23,343 nt of DNA from a virus (lineage: Duplodnaviria; Heunggongvirae; Uroviricota; Caudoviricetes). Below, in pieces: positions 1 through 8,782 of this stretch. The notes beneath the pieces are model-generated. The model saw only the letters and a program-made list of their open reading frames with translations, was not told the origin of the DNA and did no database searches. The stretch lies in the IMG/VR virus record IMGVR_UViG_2531839529_000008. One strand, written 5' to 3'. Made by a program: the position numbers and the translations under genes. Every line of letters starts with the position of its first letter. Positions within the stretch are counted from its first letter, which is position 1.

Positions 1-1284
1 TTACTTCTTCGCCTCTGCAACCACTTTACTACCCACGCCGCGGTTATTGTATTCCCACATGCGGTTGTAGTTAGTGTCATTCAGATTGCGCTGTATTTCG
101 TCGTTATCATCTACGCTGCCGGTATTACCCGCAAACGGACGATTAGAGATCACCGCATCGGCCCACGGTTTAGCCGTGTTAAAACCTTCGTTGATGGCGC
201 TATCACGGATCACCACCTGACCGTTGGTATTGGCATCAACATCCAGCGAGCGGCCCAGTTGCGCCACACCATCACCGAAAGCATTGAAACGGCTGTTTAC
301 GGCGAGGAAACCGTAGTAAATGTTGGACAGCGTAGCCGGTGCAAACACATACGCTTCTTGCTGAGTACGTGAGTTCACCACGCGGAATTCGGTGTTATCG
401 AACACCACTGCGCCGCGACCAGAAACGATATCCACATCCCCTTCAATGTAGCTGTTGGTCACCAGCGTACGCGGCTGACGGTTGGTTTCCAGACGGTTCT
501 GCACACCGCTGTTGGTGACAAAGAAGGTGTTCTGACGACCGAGAATGTTAACGTTGTTAATCTGTACCTGGTCACCATCAGTACGCAGTGCCACCGCCGG
601 ATGGTTACCTGCATCTACGCTATCGCCCAGCGTGTTTTCGATGGTCAGATTTTGCAGTTGCAGGCCATTGTTTTGTGACCAGAAGACCGCAGAGCAGAGA
701 ACACCGATACTGTCGCTGCGTTTGCTCTGGCAGCTATCGTACATATACCACGCTGGTTTACCTGGCATATATTTGCCGCGCGGGTTGACGTCGTGACGCC
801 AGTCGGCAGGGCTCATGCCACCATCAAGGGAAAGCCCAATCTTCACATCAATCGGTTTTTCACCTGTACCGTACAGAGTAATTCCACCCGGAGCGGCAGG
901 GACATATACCGTTCCCTGATACTCACCAGGCATCACGGCAATATACTGGCGCTTGTTGGTACGCTTGATAATTGCCGCATCTACCGCCGCCTGAATCGTG
1001 GTATGCGTTACACCTTGAGTGCCCGCCGGGCCGACAACAAAGTCAGGTTGCGCAGGCAGGGTAATCGGGGAAGGATTCCACGCTGCAGCACCTGGTGTCA
1101 GGGATGCAAAATAGTGTTGAGCATCGAAATTCTGCGCTTCTTTTGCCGACAGAATCGGGCGAGAAGAGGTACCAGGCGCGGTTTGATCAGAAGGACGTTG
1201 ATCGGGCGGGGTTGAGCTACAGGCGGTCAGCGTCACGCCAAAAGCCAATGCCAGCGCCAGACGGGAAACTGAAAATGTGTTCAC
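1..1284 (-). CDS. ybhC: YbhC-like outer-membrane lipoprotein (pectinesterase-fold family); complete host gene flanking the prophage
   Basis: 427-aa ORF from the track; N-terminal lipoprotein signal with lipobox LTAC; recognised from memory as E. coli YbhC, the gene adjacent to attB-lambda. Confidence 0.85.
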   Translation of the reverse strand: MNTFSVSRLALALAFGVTLTACSSTPPDQRPSDQTAPGTSSRPILSAKEAQNFDAQHYFASLTPGAAAWNPSPITLPAQPDFVVGPAGTQGVTHTTIQAAVDAAIIKRTNKRQYIAVMPGEYQGTVYVPAAPGGITLYGTGEKPIDVKIGLSLDGGMSPADWRHDVNPRGKYMPGKPAWYMYDSCQSKRSDSIGVLCSAVFWSQNNGLQLQNLTIENTLGDSVDAGNHPAVALRTDGDQVQINNVNILGRQNTFFVTNSGVQNRLETNRQPRTLVTNSYIEGDVDIVSGRGAVVFDNTEFRVVNSRTQQEAYVFAPATLSNIYYGFLAVNSRFNAFGDGVAQLGRSLDVDANTNGQVVIRDSAINEGFNTAKPWADAVISNRPFAGNTGSVDDNDEIQRNLNDTNYNRMWEYNNRGVGSKVVAEAKK

Positions 1285-1299
1285 AGGTTGCTCCGGGCT

Positions 1300-1418
1300 A
1301 TGAAATAGAAAAATGAATCCGTTGAAGCCTGCTTTTTTATACTAAGTTGGCATTATAAAAAAGCATTGCTTATCAATTTGTTGCAACGAACAGGTCACTA
1401 TCAGTCAAAATAAAATCA
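1300..1418. other. attL: attL (BOP') prophage-host junction: core GCTTTTTTATACTAA at 1331-1345 followed by the lambda P' arm
   Basis: Exact lambda att core read at 1331-1345; downstream AT-rich arm (gttggcattataaaaaagcattgcttatcaatttgttgcaacgaacaggtcactatcagtcaaaataaa) matches the remembered lambda P' arm; int lies immediately inside. Confidence 0.9.
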
Positions 1419-2489
1419 TTATTTGATTTCAATTTTGTCCCACTCCCTGCCTCTGTCATCACGATACTGTGATGCCATGGTGTCCGACTTATGCCCGAGA
1501 AGATGTTGAGCAAACTTATCGCTTATCTGCTTCTCATAGAGTCTTGCAGACAAACTGCGCAACTCGTGAAAGGTAGGCGGATCCCCTTCGAAGGAAAGAC
1601 CTGATGCTTTTCGTGCGCGCATAAAATACCTTGATACTGTGCCGGATGAAAGCGGTTCGCGACGAGTAGATGCAATTATGGTTTCTCCGCCAAGAATCTC
1701 TTTGCATTTATCAAGTGTTTCCTTCATTGATATTCCGAGAGCATCAACATGCAATACTGTTGGGATGGCAATTTTTACGCCTGTTTTGCTTTGCTCGACA
1801 TAAAGATATCCATCTACGATATCAGACCACTTCATTTCGCATAAATCACCAACTCGTTGCCCGGTAACAACAGCCAGTTCCATTGCAAGTCTGAGCCAAC
1901 ATGGTGATGATTCTGCTGCTTGATAAATTTTCAGGTATTCGTCAGCCGTAAGTCTTGATCTCCTTACCTCTGATTTTGCTGCGCGAGTGGCAGCGACAGG
2001 GTTTGTTGTTATATGGCCTTCAGCTATTGCCTCTCGGAATGCATCGCTCAGTGTTGATCTGATTAACTTGGCTGACGCCGCCTTGCCCTCGTCTATGTAT
2101 CCATTGAGCATTGCCGCAATTTCTTTTGTGGTGATGTCTTCAAGTGGAGCATCAGGCAGACCCCTCCTTATTGCTTTAATTTTGCTCATGTAATTTATGA
2201 GTGTCTTCTGCTTGATTCCTCTGCTGGCCAGGATTTTTTCGTAGCGATCAAGCCATGAATGTAACGTAACGGAATTATCACTGTTGATTCTCGCTGTCAG
2301 AGGCTTGTGTTTGTGTCCTGAAAATAACTCAATGTTGGCCTGTATAGCTTCAGTGATTGCGATTCGCCTGTCTCTGCCTAATCCAAACTCTTTACCCGTC
2401 CTTGGGTCCCTGTAGCAGTAATATCCATTGTTTCTTATATAAAGGTTAGGGGGTAAATCCCGGCGCTCATGACTTCGCCTTCTTCCCAT
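1419..2489 (-). CDS. int: Tyrosine integrase, lambda Int type
   Basis: 356-aa ORF next to attL; translation matches remembered lambda Int, including the C-terminal catalytic region (HELRSL, HLLGH, Y in SQYRDD). Confidence 0.95.
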   Translation of the reverse strand: MGRRRSHERRDLPPNLYIRNNGYYCYRDPRTGKEFGLGRDRRIAITEAIQANIELFSGHKHKPLTARINSDNSVTLHSWLDRYEKILASRGIKQKTLINYMSKIKAIRRGLPDAPLEDITTKEIAAMLNGYIDEGKAASAKLIRSTLSDAFREAIAEGHITTNPVAATRAAKSEVRRSRLTADEYLKIYQAAESSPCWLRLAMELAVVTGQRVGDLCEMKWSDIVDGYLYVEQSKTGVKIAIPTVLHVDALGISMKETLDKCKEILGGETIIASTRREPLSSGTVSRYFMRARKASGLSFEGDPPTFHELRSLSARLYEKQISDKFAQHLLGHKSDTMASQYRDDRGREWDKIEIK

Positions 2490-2685
2490 TTCTGATCCTC
2501 TTCAAAAGGCTACCTGTTACTGGTCGATTTAAGTCAACCTTTACCGCTGATTCGTGGAACAGATACTCTCTTCCATCCTTAACCGGAGGAGGGAATATCC
2601 TGCACTCGCGTACCCATCGACGAACTGTTTCAAGGCTTCTTGGGCGTCGCTGGCGTGCGTTCCACTCCTGAAGTGTCAAGTACAT
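2467..2685 (-). CDS. xis: Excisionase, lambda Xis type
   Basis: 72-aa ORF whose 3' end overlaps the int start, as in lambda; translation MYLTLQEWNARQRRPRSLETVRRWVRE recognised as Xis. Confidence 0.93.
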   Translation of the reverse strand: MYLTLQEWNARQRRPRSLETVRRWVRECRIFPPPVKDGREYLFHESAVKVDLNRPVTGSLLKRIRNGKKAKS

Positions 2686-2724
2686 CGCAAAGTCTCCGCA
2701 ATTACACGCAAGAAAAAACCGCCA

Positions 2725-2892
2725 TCAGGCGGCTTGGTGTTCTTTCAGTTCTTCAATTCGAATATTGGTTACGTCTGCATGTGCTATCTGCGCCCATATC
2801 ATCCAGTGGTTATAACAGTCGTTGATGTTCTCTGCTTCGATAACCCTGTTGAATGGCTCTCCATTCCATTCACCTGTGACTCGGAAGTGCAT
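2725..2892 (-). CDS. Small hypothetical protein (55 aa), at the position of the lambda 55-codon ORF just upstream of xis
   Basis: Hand translation of the minus strand: MHFRVTGEWNGEPFNRVIEAENINDCYNHWMIWAQIAHADVTNIRIEELKEHQAA; below the 60-aa track cutoff. Confidence 0.45.
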   Translation of the reverse strand: MHFRVTGEWNGEPFNRVIEAENINDCYNHWMIWAQIAHADVTNIRIEELKEHQAA

Positions 2893-2975
2893 TTATCATC
2901 TCCATAAAACAAAACTCGCCGTAGCGAGTTCAGATATAATTTCCACCAAAGGCAGTAGTTGCTTGATGCTAAGAA

Positions 2976-3404
2976 TTATTCAATATCTATTCCTGTAATA
3001 TCTTTTATCTTTTTCCTTGCAAAGCCTTTTGCTAGTGATTTTGAAACACTCATAAGTGTACTAATTCCCTCATCCTTAAAGTTTGTTTTTATAGCTTGCC
3101 AGACATCCTTTTGACGTAAGTCAGCAATAAAATCATGCCCTCTTGCTGTCAACCTCAGTGGTACTTCGATCCAACTATATCCAACACCTTCCCCTAACGC
3201 TTTGGACAATATATGACCGAACCCAGGTTTTCCATCAACCCTGACTATTAATTCGTAGTCACATAATAATCGCATATGGAAAATAAAATCTTGGTCATAT
3301 CTATTAAAGCCATTATCCTCTAGTTCACTAAGCATCGTGTCAGGGCCACGAGTTTTTTCGAATGCGATAAGTAGATCTTTTAGATATTGCTGGTCTAATT
3401 TCAT
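2976..3404 (-). CDS. Hypothetical protein (142 aa), AT-rich accessory gene in the ea region
   Basis: Track ORF; GGAGG Shine-Dalgarno about 6 nt upstream of the ATG at 3404; function not recognised. Confidence 0.6.
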   Translation of the reverse strand: MKLDQQYLKDLLIAFEKTRGPDTMLSELEDNGFNRYDQDFIFHMRLLCDYELIVRVDGKPGFGHILSKALGEGVGYSWIEVPLRLTARGHDFIADLRQKDVWQAIKTNFKDEGISTLMSVSKSLAKGFARKKIKDITGIDIE

Positions 3405-3432
3405 TGCCGCCTCCGTGACATGTCACAGAGAT

Positions 3433-3771
3433 TTATATCATTAATTTTGTTTCGTGCCAGCCTTTGGTCACCCAGCATTGTGAGTCACCATTACACGGGC
3501 ATGAATTAACAGGAACTCTCTCGCCGCACTTACCGCACCGTTTTCTGCTGATCGATTTTATACGCCAGCGCACACGTGCATCATCCTGGCGGCTCAGTAA
3601 CGCGATGTACTCACCAAACTCGCAAGGCGCACGCCTGAAGCGACGCGTGGCACAGTTACGCTCCAGCATTTCAATTTCCTGAGCATCAAGTACAAGCTCC
3701 AGCTTACGCATACCGGATGATGCTTGCTTGGCTCTCTGATCGGCTTTGTGCTCTGTTGCTGATTTAGCCAT
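3433..3771 (-). CDS. Hypothetical Cys-rich putative zinc-binding protein (112 aa; alternative start at 3711 gives 92 aa)
   Basis: Track ORF; C-terminal cluster CGKCGERVPVNSCPCNGDSQC; AGGA upstream of the ATG at 3771; only 28 nt upstream of the 2976-3404 gene, suggesting one operon. Confidence 0.55.
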   Translation of the reverse strand: MAKSATEHKADQRAKQASSGMRKLELVLDAQEIEMLERNCATRRFRRAPCEFGEYIALLSRQDDARVRWRIKSISRKRCGKCGERVPVNSCPCNGDSQCWVTKGWHETKLMI

Positions 3772-3965
3772 TCTGCTTTTCCTGCATCAGGAGAAAGACA
3801 ATCATGGCGGCGCGGATACTTCCGGTATCTTTTTACGCGATATTCCCCTTCAATGGCACATACAAGAAGAGAGCCATCAACAGGAGTGATTGAGGAATCG
3901 ACAACCAGCAACGCTTAATTATCTATAGTGTCGTATTTGCTTCATAAAATATGGCGAATAACACA

Positions 3966-3998
3966 AAGCCCGCAGCAGCTCATTGTGCGGGCTTTTCT
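3966..3998. terminator. GC-rich hairpin (gcccgca...tgcgggc) with a T-rich tract on the plus side; candidate terminator bounding the 4065-4679 gene
   Basis: Inverted repeat read directly at 3968-3992 followed by ttttctta; direction ambiguous. Confidence 0.35.
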
Positions 3999-4064
3999 TA
4001 TACCTACTTCCTAGAGATAATTCTATGGAGGCATTAAATCAATACTGTCATTGGTAATATCATA

Positions 4065-4679
4065 TTATCTAAAAGTCTTTCCACTTTTAACATCTAGGTA
4101 TATTCTGTTCGACAACGTCATTCCTCCGCAATATGTGAAATAGATGTTTTCACCCTTATTGCTTGATGCCATCCACCCTCCGATTTCCTTAAAATCGCTT
4201 TCCGTGCAGACCCCTTCATTTATTAACTTCCTAGCTGCCGAAGAAAACTCTTTTTTGTATATACGGTAGTCATCAGATCCTTTGATTAAAGTATCATCTC
4301 CGCTCGCATTTTCAGCAGGATCTGATGGCCTTTCACTGCTAAGATCACTAAGTTTAACCCATTCTGAAAACTTGCCATTAACGATTCCATTTTTTCTTGT
4401 GCAGGATTTATTACCTTCTTTAATATATTCGCTTTCCCCTCCAACACATGAGGCTGAATATGGCTCAGTTATACGAACCCATTCACCTTTTTTTTCTAGA
4501 AAATCTACGCCTTCCCTGAAAAATAGTTTCCCAGCCACTCCACATTTACTTGAAGGGCAGGTATGTCTTTCCGTTCGATCAACAACAACCCATAGTTTTG
4601 ATTCATTTTTTGCCATTGCCGATGGTATTTGAGATGAGACAATTAACGTAAGCCCTAAAATTAGTATTGATTTTTTCAT
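4065..4679 (-). CDS. Secreted or periplasmic Cys-rich protein of unknown function (204 aa)
   Basis: Track ORF; N-terminal signal peptide MKKSILILGLTLIVSSQIPSAMA with AMA-K cleavage motif; six Cys in the mature part; AAGGA Shine-Dalgarno 8 nt upstream; AT-rich. Confidence 0.65.
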   Translation of the reverse strand: MKKSILILGLTLIVSSQIPSAMAKNESKLWVVVDRTERHTCPSSKCGVAGKLFFREGVDFLEKKGEWVRITEPYSASCVGGESEYIKEGNKSCTRKNGIVNGKFSEWVKLSDLSSERPSDPAENASGDDTLIKGSDDYRIYKKEFSSAARKLINEGVCTESDFKEIGGWMASSNKGENIYFTYCGGMTLSNRIYLDVKSGKTFR

Positions 4680-4977
4680 TGTAATTTCCTTTTACTTTTT
4701 ACAAAGCGTTTAATCATGGCTGATTATCTCTAAGTGTAGTAACAGCCTTGTGCGAAACATGTTACCAAATCGCCATTTCAGTGTATCCGCAGTTAGGCTG
4801 CCACTTCAAGGATTCCTAATTACATGGTACGTAAGCGTAAAATCCCGTTGGTTGGCGGGTAATAACTCTGATCAAATCTCCCTTGTCTTTTGCTCTTACG
4901 TATGCAGCTCTTGTGTATTCAACCCAGGCCTCCAGTTCAGCAATACGCTTACTTCCATCCGAGATAACACCTTCTAC

Positions 4978-5229
4978 TCACGCTGCTCGTTGAGTTTTGA
5001 TTTTTGCTGTCTCCAGCTCAACACGCAGTTTCCCCACCGTTAGCGCAATATCCTCGTTCTCCTGGTCGCGGCGTTTGATGTATTGCTGGTTTCTTTCCCG
5101 TTCATCCAGCAGTGTCAGCACAATCGATGGTGTTACCAGCTCATGGAAAAGGTCCGCGTCAAATCCCCAGTTGTCAGGCATTGCCTGCTCTGCCGCTTCA
5201 CGCAGTGCCTGAGAGTGAATTACGCTCAC
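4978..5229 (-). CDS. Hypothetical protein (83 aa) at the lambda ea22 position, ending at an in-frame TGA that is followed by 53 further sense codons
   Basis: Track ORF; start overlaps the stop of the upstream TraR-like gene (ATGA); hand translation beyond the TGA (4819-4977) stays open and protein-like. Confidence 0.5.
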   Translation of the reverse strand: MSVIHSQALREAAEQAMPDNWGFDADLFHELVTPSIVLTLLDERERNQQYIKRRDQENEDIALTVGKLRVELETAKIKTQRAA

Positions 5230-5447
5230 TTCGAACCTCTCTGTTTACTGATAAGCTCCAGATCTTCCTGGCAACTTGCACAAGTCCGACAACCCTGAAC
5301 GGCCAGGCGTCTTAGCTCATCTATGGGATCGCCACACTCACAACAATGAGTGGCAGATACAGCCTGGTGGTTCAGGCGGCGCATTTTTATTGCTGTGTTG
5401 CGCTGTAATTCTTCAATTTCTGATGCTGAATCAATGATGTCTGCCAT
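5226..5447 (-). CDS. TraR/DksA-family C4 zinc-finger protein (73 aa), lambda Orf73-like
   Basis: Track ORF; CxxC-x17-CxxC motif (CECGDP...CRTCASC); same size and position as the lambda TraR-like orf73. Confidence 0.7.
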   Translation of the reverse strand: MADIIDSASEIEELQRNTAIKMRRLNHQAVSATHCCECGDPIDELRRLAVQGCRTCASCQEDLELISKQRGSK

Positions 5448-5545
5448 CTTCCATTAATCCCTGAATTGTTGGTTAATACGCTTGGGGGTAAATGCGAGCA
5501 ATAAAAAAGGAGCCTGTAGCTCCCTGATAATTTTGCTTTTCATGT

Positions 5546-5827
5546 TCATCGTTCCTTAAAGACGCCGTTTAACATGCCGATTGCCAGGCTTAAATGAGTC
5601 GGTGTGAATCCCATCAGCGTTACCGTTTCGCGGTGCTTCTTCAGTACGCTACGGCAAATGTCATCGACGTTTTTATCCGGAAACTGCTGTCTGGCTTTTT
5701 TGATTTCAGAATTAGCCTGACGGGCAATGCTGCGAAGGGCGTTTTCTTGCTGAGGTGTCATTGAACAAGCCCCATGTCGGCAAGCATAAGCACACAGAAT
5801 ATGAAGCCCGCTGCCAGAAAAATGCAT
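5546..5827 (-). CDS. Hypothetical early protein at the lambda orf61 position (alternative start at 5761 gives 71 aa)
   Basis: Track ORF in the pL operon upstream of exo; start codon uncertain. Confidence 0.45.
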   Translation of the reverse strand: MHFSGSGLHILCAYACRHGACSMTPQQENALRSIARQANSEIKKARQQFPDKNVDDICRSVLKKHRETVTLMGFTPTHLSLAIGMLNGVFKER

Positions 5828-5837
5828 TCAGTGGTTG

Positions 5838-6029
5838 TCATACCTGGTCTCTCTCATCTGCTTCTGCTTTCGCCACCATCATTTCCAGCTTTTGTGAAAG
5901 GGATGCGGCTAACGTATGAAATTCTTCGTCTGTTTCTACTGGTATTGGCACAAACCTGACTCCAATTTGAGCGAGGCTATGTGCCATCTCGATACACGTT
6001 CTTAACTCAACAGGAGATGCTTTGTGCAT
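5838..6029 (-). CDS. Hypothetical early protein (63 aa) at the lambda orf63 position
   Basis: Track ORF; size and position relative to exo match lambda orf63. Confidence 0.5.
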   Translation of the reverse strand: MHKASPVELRTCIEMAHSLAQIGVRFVPIPVETDEEFHTLAASLSQKLEMMVAKAEADERDQV

Positions 6030-6190
6030 ACAGCCCCCCGTTTATTATTTATCTCCTCAGCCAGCCGCTGTGCTTTCAGGGGATTTCTGATAACAGAAAG
6101 GCCGGGAAATACCCAGCCTCGCTTTGTAACGGAGTAGACGAAAGTGATCGCACCTACCCGGATATTATCGTGAGGATGCTTCATCGCCAT
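6002..6190 (-). CDS. Hypothetical early protein (62 aa) at the lambda orf60a position
   Basis: Track ORF immediately upstream of and overlapping the exo start. Confidence 0.5.
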   Translation of the reverse strand: MAMKHPHDNIRVGAITFVYSVTKRGWVFPGLSVIRNPLKAQRLAEEINNKRGAVCTKHLLLS

Positions 6191-6861
6191 TGCTCCCCAA
6201 ATACAAAACCAATTTCAGCCAGTGCCTCGTCCATTTTTTCGATGAACTCCGGCACCATCTCGTCAAAACTCGCCATGTACTTTTCATCCCGCTCAACCAC
6301 GACATAATGCAGGCCTTCACGCTTCATACGCGGGTCATAGTTGGCAAAGTACCAGGCATCTTTTCGCGTCACCCACATGCTGTACTGCACCTGGGCCATG
6401 TAAGCCGACTTTATGGCCTCGAAACCACCGAGCCGGAACTTCATGAAATCCCGGGAGGTAAACGGGCATTTCAGCTCAAGGCCATTGCCGTCACTGCATA
6501 AACCATCGGGAGAGCAGGCGGTACGCATACTTTCGTCGCGATAGATGATCGGGGATTCAGTAACATTCACGCCGGAAGTGAATTCAAACAGAGTTCTGGC
6601 GTCGTTCTCGTACTGTTTTCCCCATGCCAGCGCCTTAGCATTAACTTCCGGAGCCACACCGGTGCAAACCTCAGCCAGCAGGGTGTGGAAGTAGGACATT
6701 TTCATGTCAGGCCACTTTTTTCCGGAGCGGGGTTTTGCTATCACATTGTGAACTTCTGAAGCGGTGATGACGCCGAGCCGTAATTTGTGCCACGCATCAT
6801 CCCCCTGTTCGACAGCTCTCACGTCGATTCCGGTACGCTGCAGGATAATGTCCGGTGTCAT
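6181..6861 (-). CDS. exo: Lambda-type exonuclease (Red alpha)
   Basis: 226-aa ORF; translation recognised as lambda Exo; overlaps bet as in lambda. Confidence 0.95.
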   Translation of the reverse strand: MTPDIILQRTGIDVRAVEQGDDAWHKLRLGVITASEVHNVIAKPRSGKKWPDMKMSYFHTLLAEVCTGVAPEVNAKALAWGKQYENDARTLFEFTSGVNVTESPIIYRDESMRTACSPDGLCSDGNGLELKCPFTSRDFMKFRLGGFEAIKSAYMAQVQYSMWVTRKDAWYFANYDPRMKREGLHYVVVERDEKYMASFDEMVPEFIEKMDEALAEIGFVFGEQWR

Positions 6862-7643
6862 GCAGCCACCTTCTGCTCAGTGGCTTTCTGTTTCAGGAAT
6901 CCAAGAGCTTTCACTGCTTCGGCCTGTGTCAGTTCTGACGATGCGCGAATGTCGCGGCGAAATATCTGGGAACAGAGCGGCAATAAGTCGTCATCCCATG
7001 TTTTATCCAGGGCAATCAGCAGAGTGTTAATCTCCTGCATGGTTTCATCGTTAACCGGAGTGATGTCGCGTTCCGGCTGACGTTCTGCAGTGTATGCGGT
7101 ATTTTCGACAATGCGCTCGGCTTCATCCTTGTCATAGATACCAGCAAATCCGAAGGCGAGACGGGCACACTGAATCATGGCTTTATGCCGTAACATCCGT
7201 TTGGGATGCGACTGCCACGGCCCCGTGATTTCTCTGCCTTCGCGGGTTTTGAATGGTTCGCGGCGGCATTCATCCATCCACTCGGTAACGCAGATCGGAT
7301 GATTGCGGTCTTTGCGGTAAATCCGGCATGTGCAGGATTCATTGTCCTGCTCAAAGTCCATGCCATCAAACTGCTGGTTTTCATTGATGATACGGGACCA
7401 GCCATCAACGCCCACCACCGGAACGATGCCGTTCTGCTTGTCAGGGAAGGCGTAAATTTCTTTCGTCCACGGATTAAGGCCGTACTGGTTGGCGACGATC
7501 AGCAATGCGATGAACTGCGCATCGCTGGCATCACCTTTAAATGCCGTCTGGCGAAGAGTGGTGATCAGTTCCTGTGGGTCGACAGAATCCATGCCGACGC
7601 GTTCAGCCAGCTTCCCAGCCAGCGTTGCGAGTGCTGTACTCAT
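6858..7643 (-). CDS. bet: Red beta single-strand annealing protein
   Basis: 261-aa ORF; translation recognised as lambda Bet. Confidence 0.95.
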   Translation of the reverse strand: MSTALATLAGKLAERVGMDSVDPQELITTLRQTAFKGDASDAQFIALLIVANQYGLNPWTKEIYAFPDKQNGIVPVVGVDGWSRIINENQQFDGMDFEQDNESCTCRIYRKDRNHPICVTEWMDECRREPFKTREGREITGPWQSHPKRMLRHKAMIQCARLAFGFAGIYDKDEAERIVENTAYTAERQPERDITPVNDETMQEINTLLIALDKTWDDDLLPLCSQIFRRDIRASSELTQAEAVKALGFLKQKATEQKVAA

Positions 7644-7648
7644 CCGTT

Positions 7649-8065
7649 TTATACCTCTGAATCAATATCAACCTGGTGGTGAGCAATGGTTTCAACCATG
7701 TACCGGATGTGTTCTGCCATGCGCTCCTGAAACTCAACATCGTCATCAAACGCACGGGTAATGGCTTTTTTGCTGGCCCCGTGGCGTTGTAAATGATCGA
7801 TGCAGAGTGATTCAAACAGGTGCTGGGGCAGACCTTTTTCCATGTCGTCTGCCAGTTCTGCCTCTTTCTCTTCACGGGCGATCTGCTGGTAGTGACGCGT
7901 CCAGCTCTGAGCCTCAAGACGATCCTGAATGTAATAAGCGTTCATGGCTGAACTCCTGAAATAGCTGTGAAAATATCGCCCGCGAAATGCCGGGCTGATT
8001 AGGAAAACAGGAAAGGAGGTTAGTGAATGCTTTTGCTTGATCTCAGTTTCAGTATTAATATCCAT
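7649..8065 (-). CDS. gam: Gam, RecBCD inhibitor
   Basis: 138-aa ORF; translation recognised as lambda Gam. Confidence 0.9.
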   Translation of the reverse strand: MDINTETEIKQKHSLTSFPVFLISPAFRGRYFHSYFRSSAMNAYYIQDRLEAQSWTRHYQQIAREEKEAELADDMEKGLPQHLFESLCIDHLQRHGASKKAITRAFDDDVEFQERMAEHIRYMVETIAHHQVDIDSEV

Positions 8066-8163
8066 TTTTTATAAGCGTCGACGGCCTCACGAAACATCTT
8101 TTCATCGCCAATAAAAGTGGCGATAGTGAATTTAGTCTGGATAGCCATAAGTGTTTGATCCAT
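8020..8163 (-). CDS. kil: Kil (FtsZ inhibitor), 47 aa
   Basis: Internal Met of track ORF 8020-8289; [47 protein letters not shown] recognised as lambda Kil. Confidence 0.8.
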   Translation of the reverse strand: MDQTLMAIQTKFTIATFIGDEKMFREAVDAYKKWILILKLRSSKSIH

Positions 8164-8296
8164 TTTTTGGGACTCCTGGCTGATTAAGTATGTCGATAAG
8201 GCGTTTCCATCCGTCACGTAATTTACGGGTGATTCGTTCAAGTAAAGATTCGGAAGGGCAGCCAGCAACAGGCCACCCTGCAATGGCATATTGCAT
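8132..8296 (-). CDS. cIII: CIII, FtsH protease inhibitor, 54 aa
   Basis: Hand translation from the ATG at 8296 begins MQYA and ends ...GYPD with TAA at 8132-8134, in a different frame from kil; below the track cutoff. Confidence 0.8.
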   Translation of the reverse strand: MQYAIAGWPVAGCPSESLLERITRKLRDGWKRLIDILNQPGVPKNGSNTYGYPD

Positions 8297-8368
8297 GGTG
8301 TGCTCCTTATTTATACATAACGAAAAACGCCTCGAGTGAAGCGTTATTGGTATGCGGTAACGCCGCGC

Positions 8369-8737
8369 TCAGGCGGCTTTGATAGTCATATCATCTGAAT
8401 CAAATATTCCTGATGTATCGATATCGGTAATTCTTATTCCTTCGCTACCATCCATTGGAGGCCATCCTTCCTGACCATTTCCATCATTCCAGTCGAACTC
8501 ACACACAACACCATATGCATTTAAGTCGCTTGAAATTGCTATAAGCAGAGCATGTTGCGCCAGCATGATTAATACAGCATTTAATACAGAGCCGTGTTTA
8601 TTGAGTCGGTATTCAGAGTCTGACCAGAAATTATTAATCTGGTGAAGTTTTTCCTCTGTCATTACGTCATGGTCGATTTCAATTTCTATTGATGCTTTCC
8701 AGTCGTAATCAATGATGTATTTTTTGATGTTTGACAT
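8369..8737 (-). CDS. ea10: Ea10-like early protein (122 aa)
   Basis: Track ORF; size and position match lambda ea10. Confidence 0.75.
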   Translation of the reverse strand: MSNIKKYIIDYDWKASIEIEIDHDVMTEEKLHQINNFWSDSEYRLNKHGSVLNAVLIMLAQHALLIAISSDLNAYGVVCEFDWNDGNGQEGWPPMDGSEGIRITDIDTSGIFDSDDMTIKAA

Positions 8738-8755
8738 CTATTCATATCCTCACAG

Positions 8756-8782
8756 ATAAAAAATCGCCCTCACATTGGAGGG
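8756..8782 (-). terminator. Hairpin (gccctc/gagggc) followed by a U-run on the minus strand, just upstream of ea10 in the leftward operon
   Basis: Read directly: plus strand aaaaaatcgccctcacattggagggc. Confidence 0.45.

Noticed and set aside
545-1316. Plus-strand ORFs (83, 66, 140 and 73 aa) inside or overlapping ybhC
   Set aside because: Antisense to a long, well-supported gene; translations are Arg/Cys-rich and junk-like; no ribosome-binding sites.
1670-2193. Plus-strand ORFs (65 and 68 aa) inside int
   Set aside because: Antisense to the integrase gene.
2554-2907. Plus-strand ORFs (117 and 61 aa) across xis and the 55-aa gene
   Set aside because: Antisense to better-supported minus-strand genes.
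3464-3911. Plus ORF 3464-3682 and minus ORF 3594-3911
   Set aside because: Overlap the 3433-3771 gene in other frames; the 3433-3771 frame has the ribosome-binding site and the Cys-rich motif.
4750-5043. Plus-strand 97-aa ORF
   Set aside because: Cys/Ser/Phe-rich low-complexity translation; it is the antisense of the open reading frame downstream of the TGA in the ea22-position gene.
6787-7761. Several plus-strand ORFs and a nested minus ORF (7175-7408) inside bet and gam
   Set aside because: Overlap genes that are recognisable as lambda Bet and Gam.
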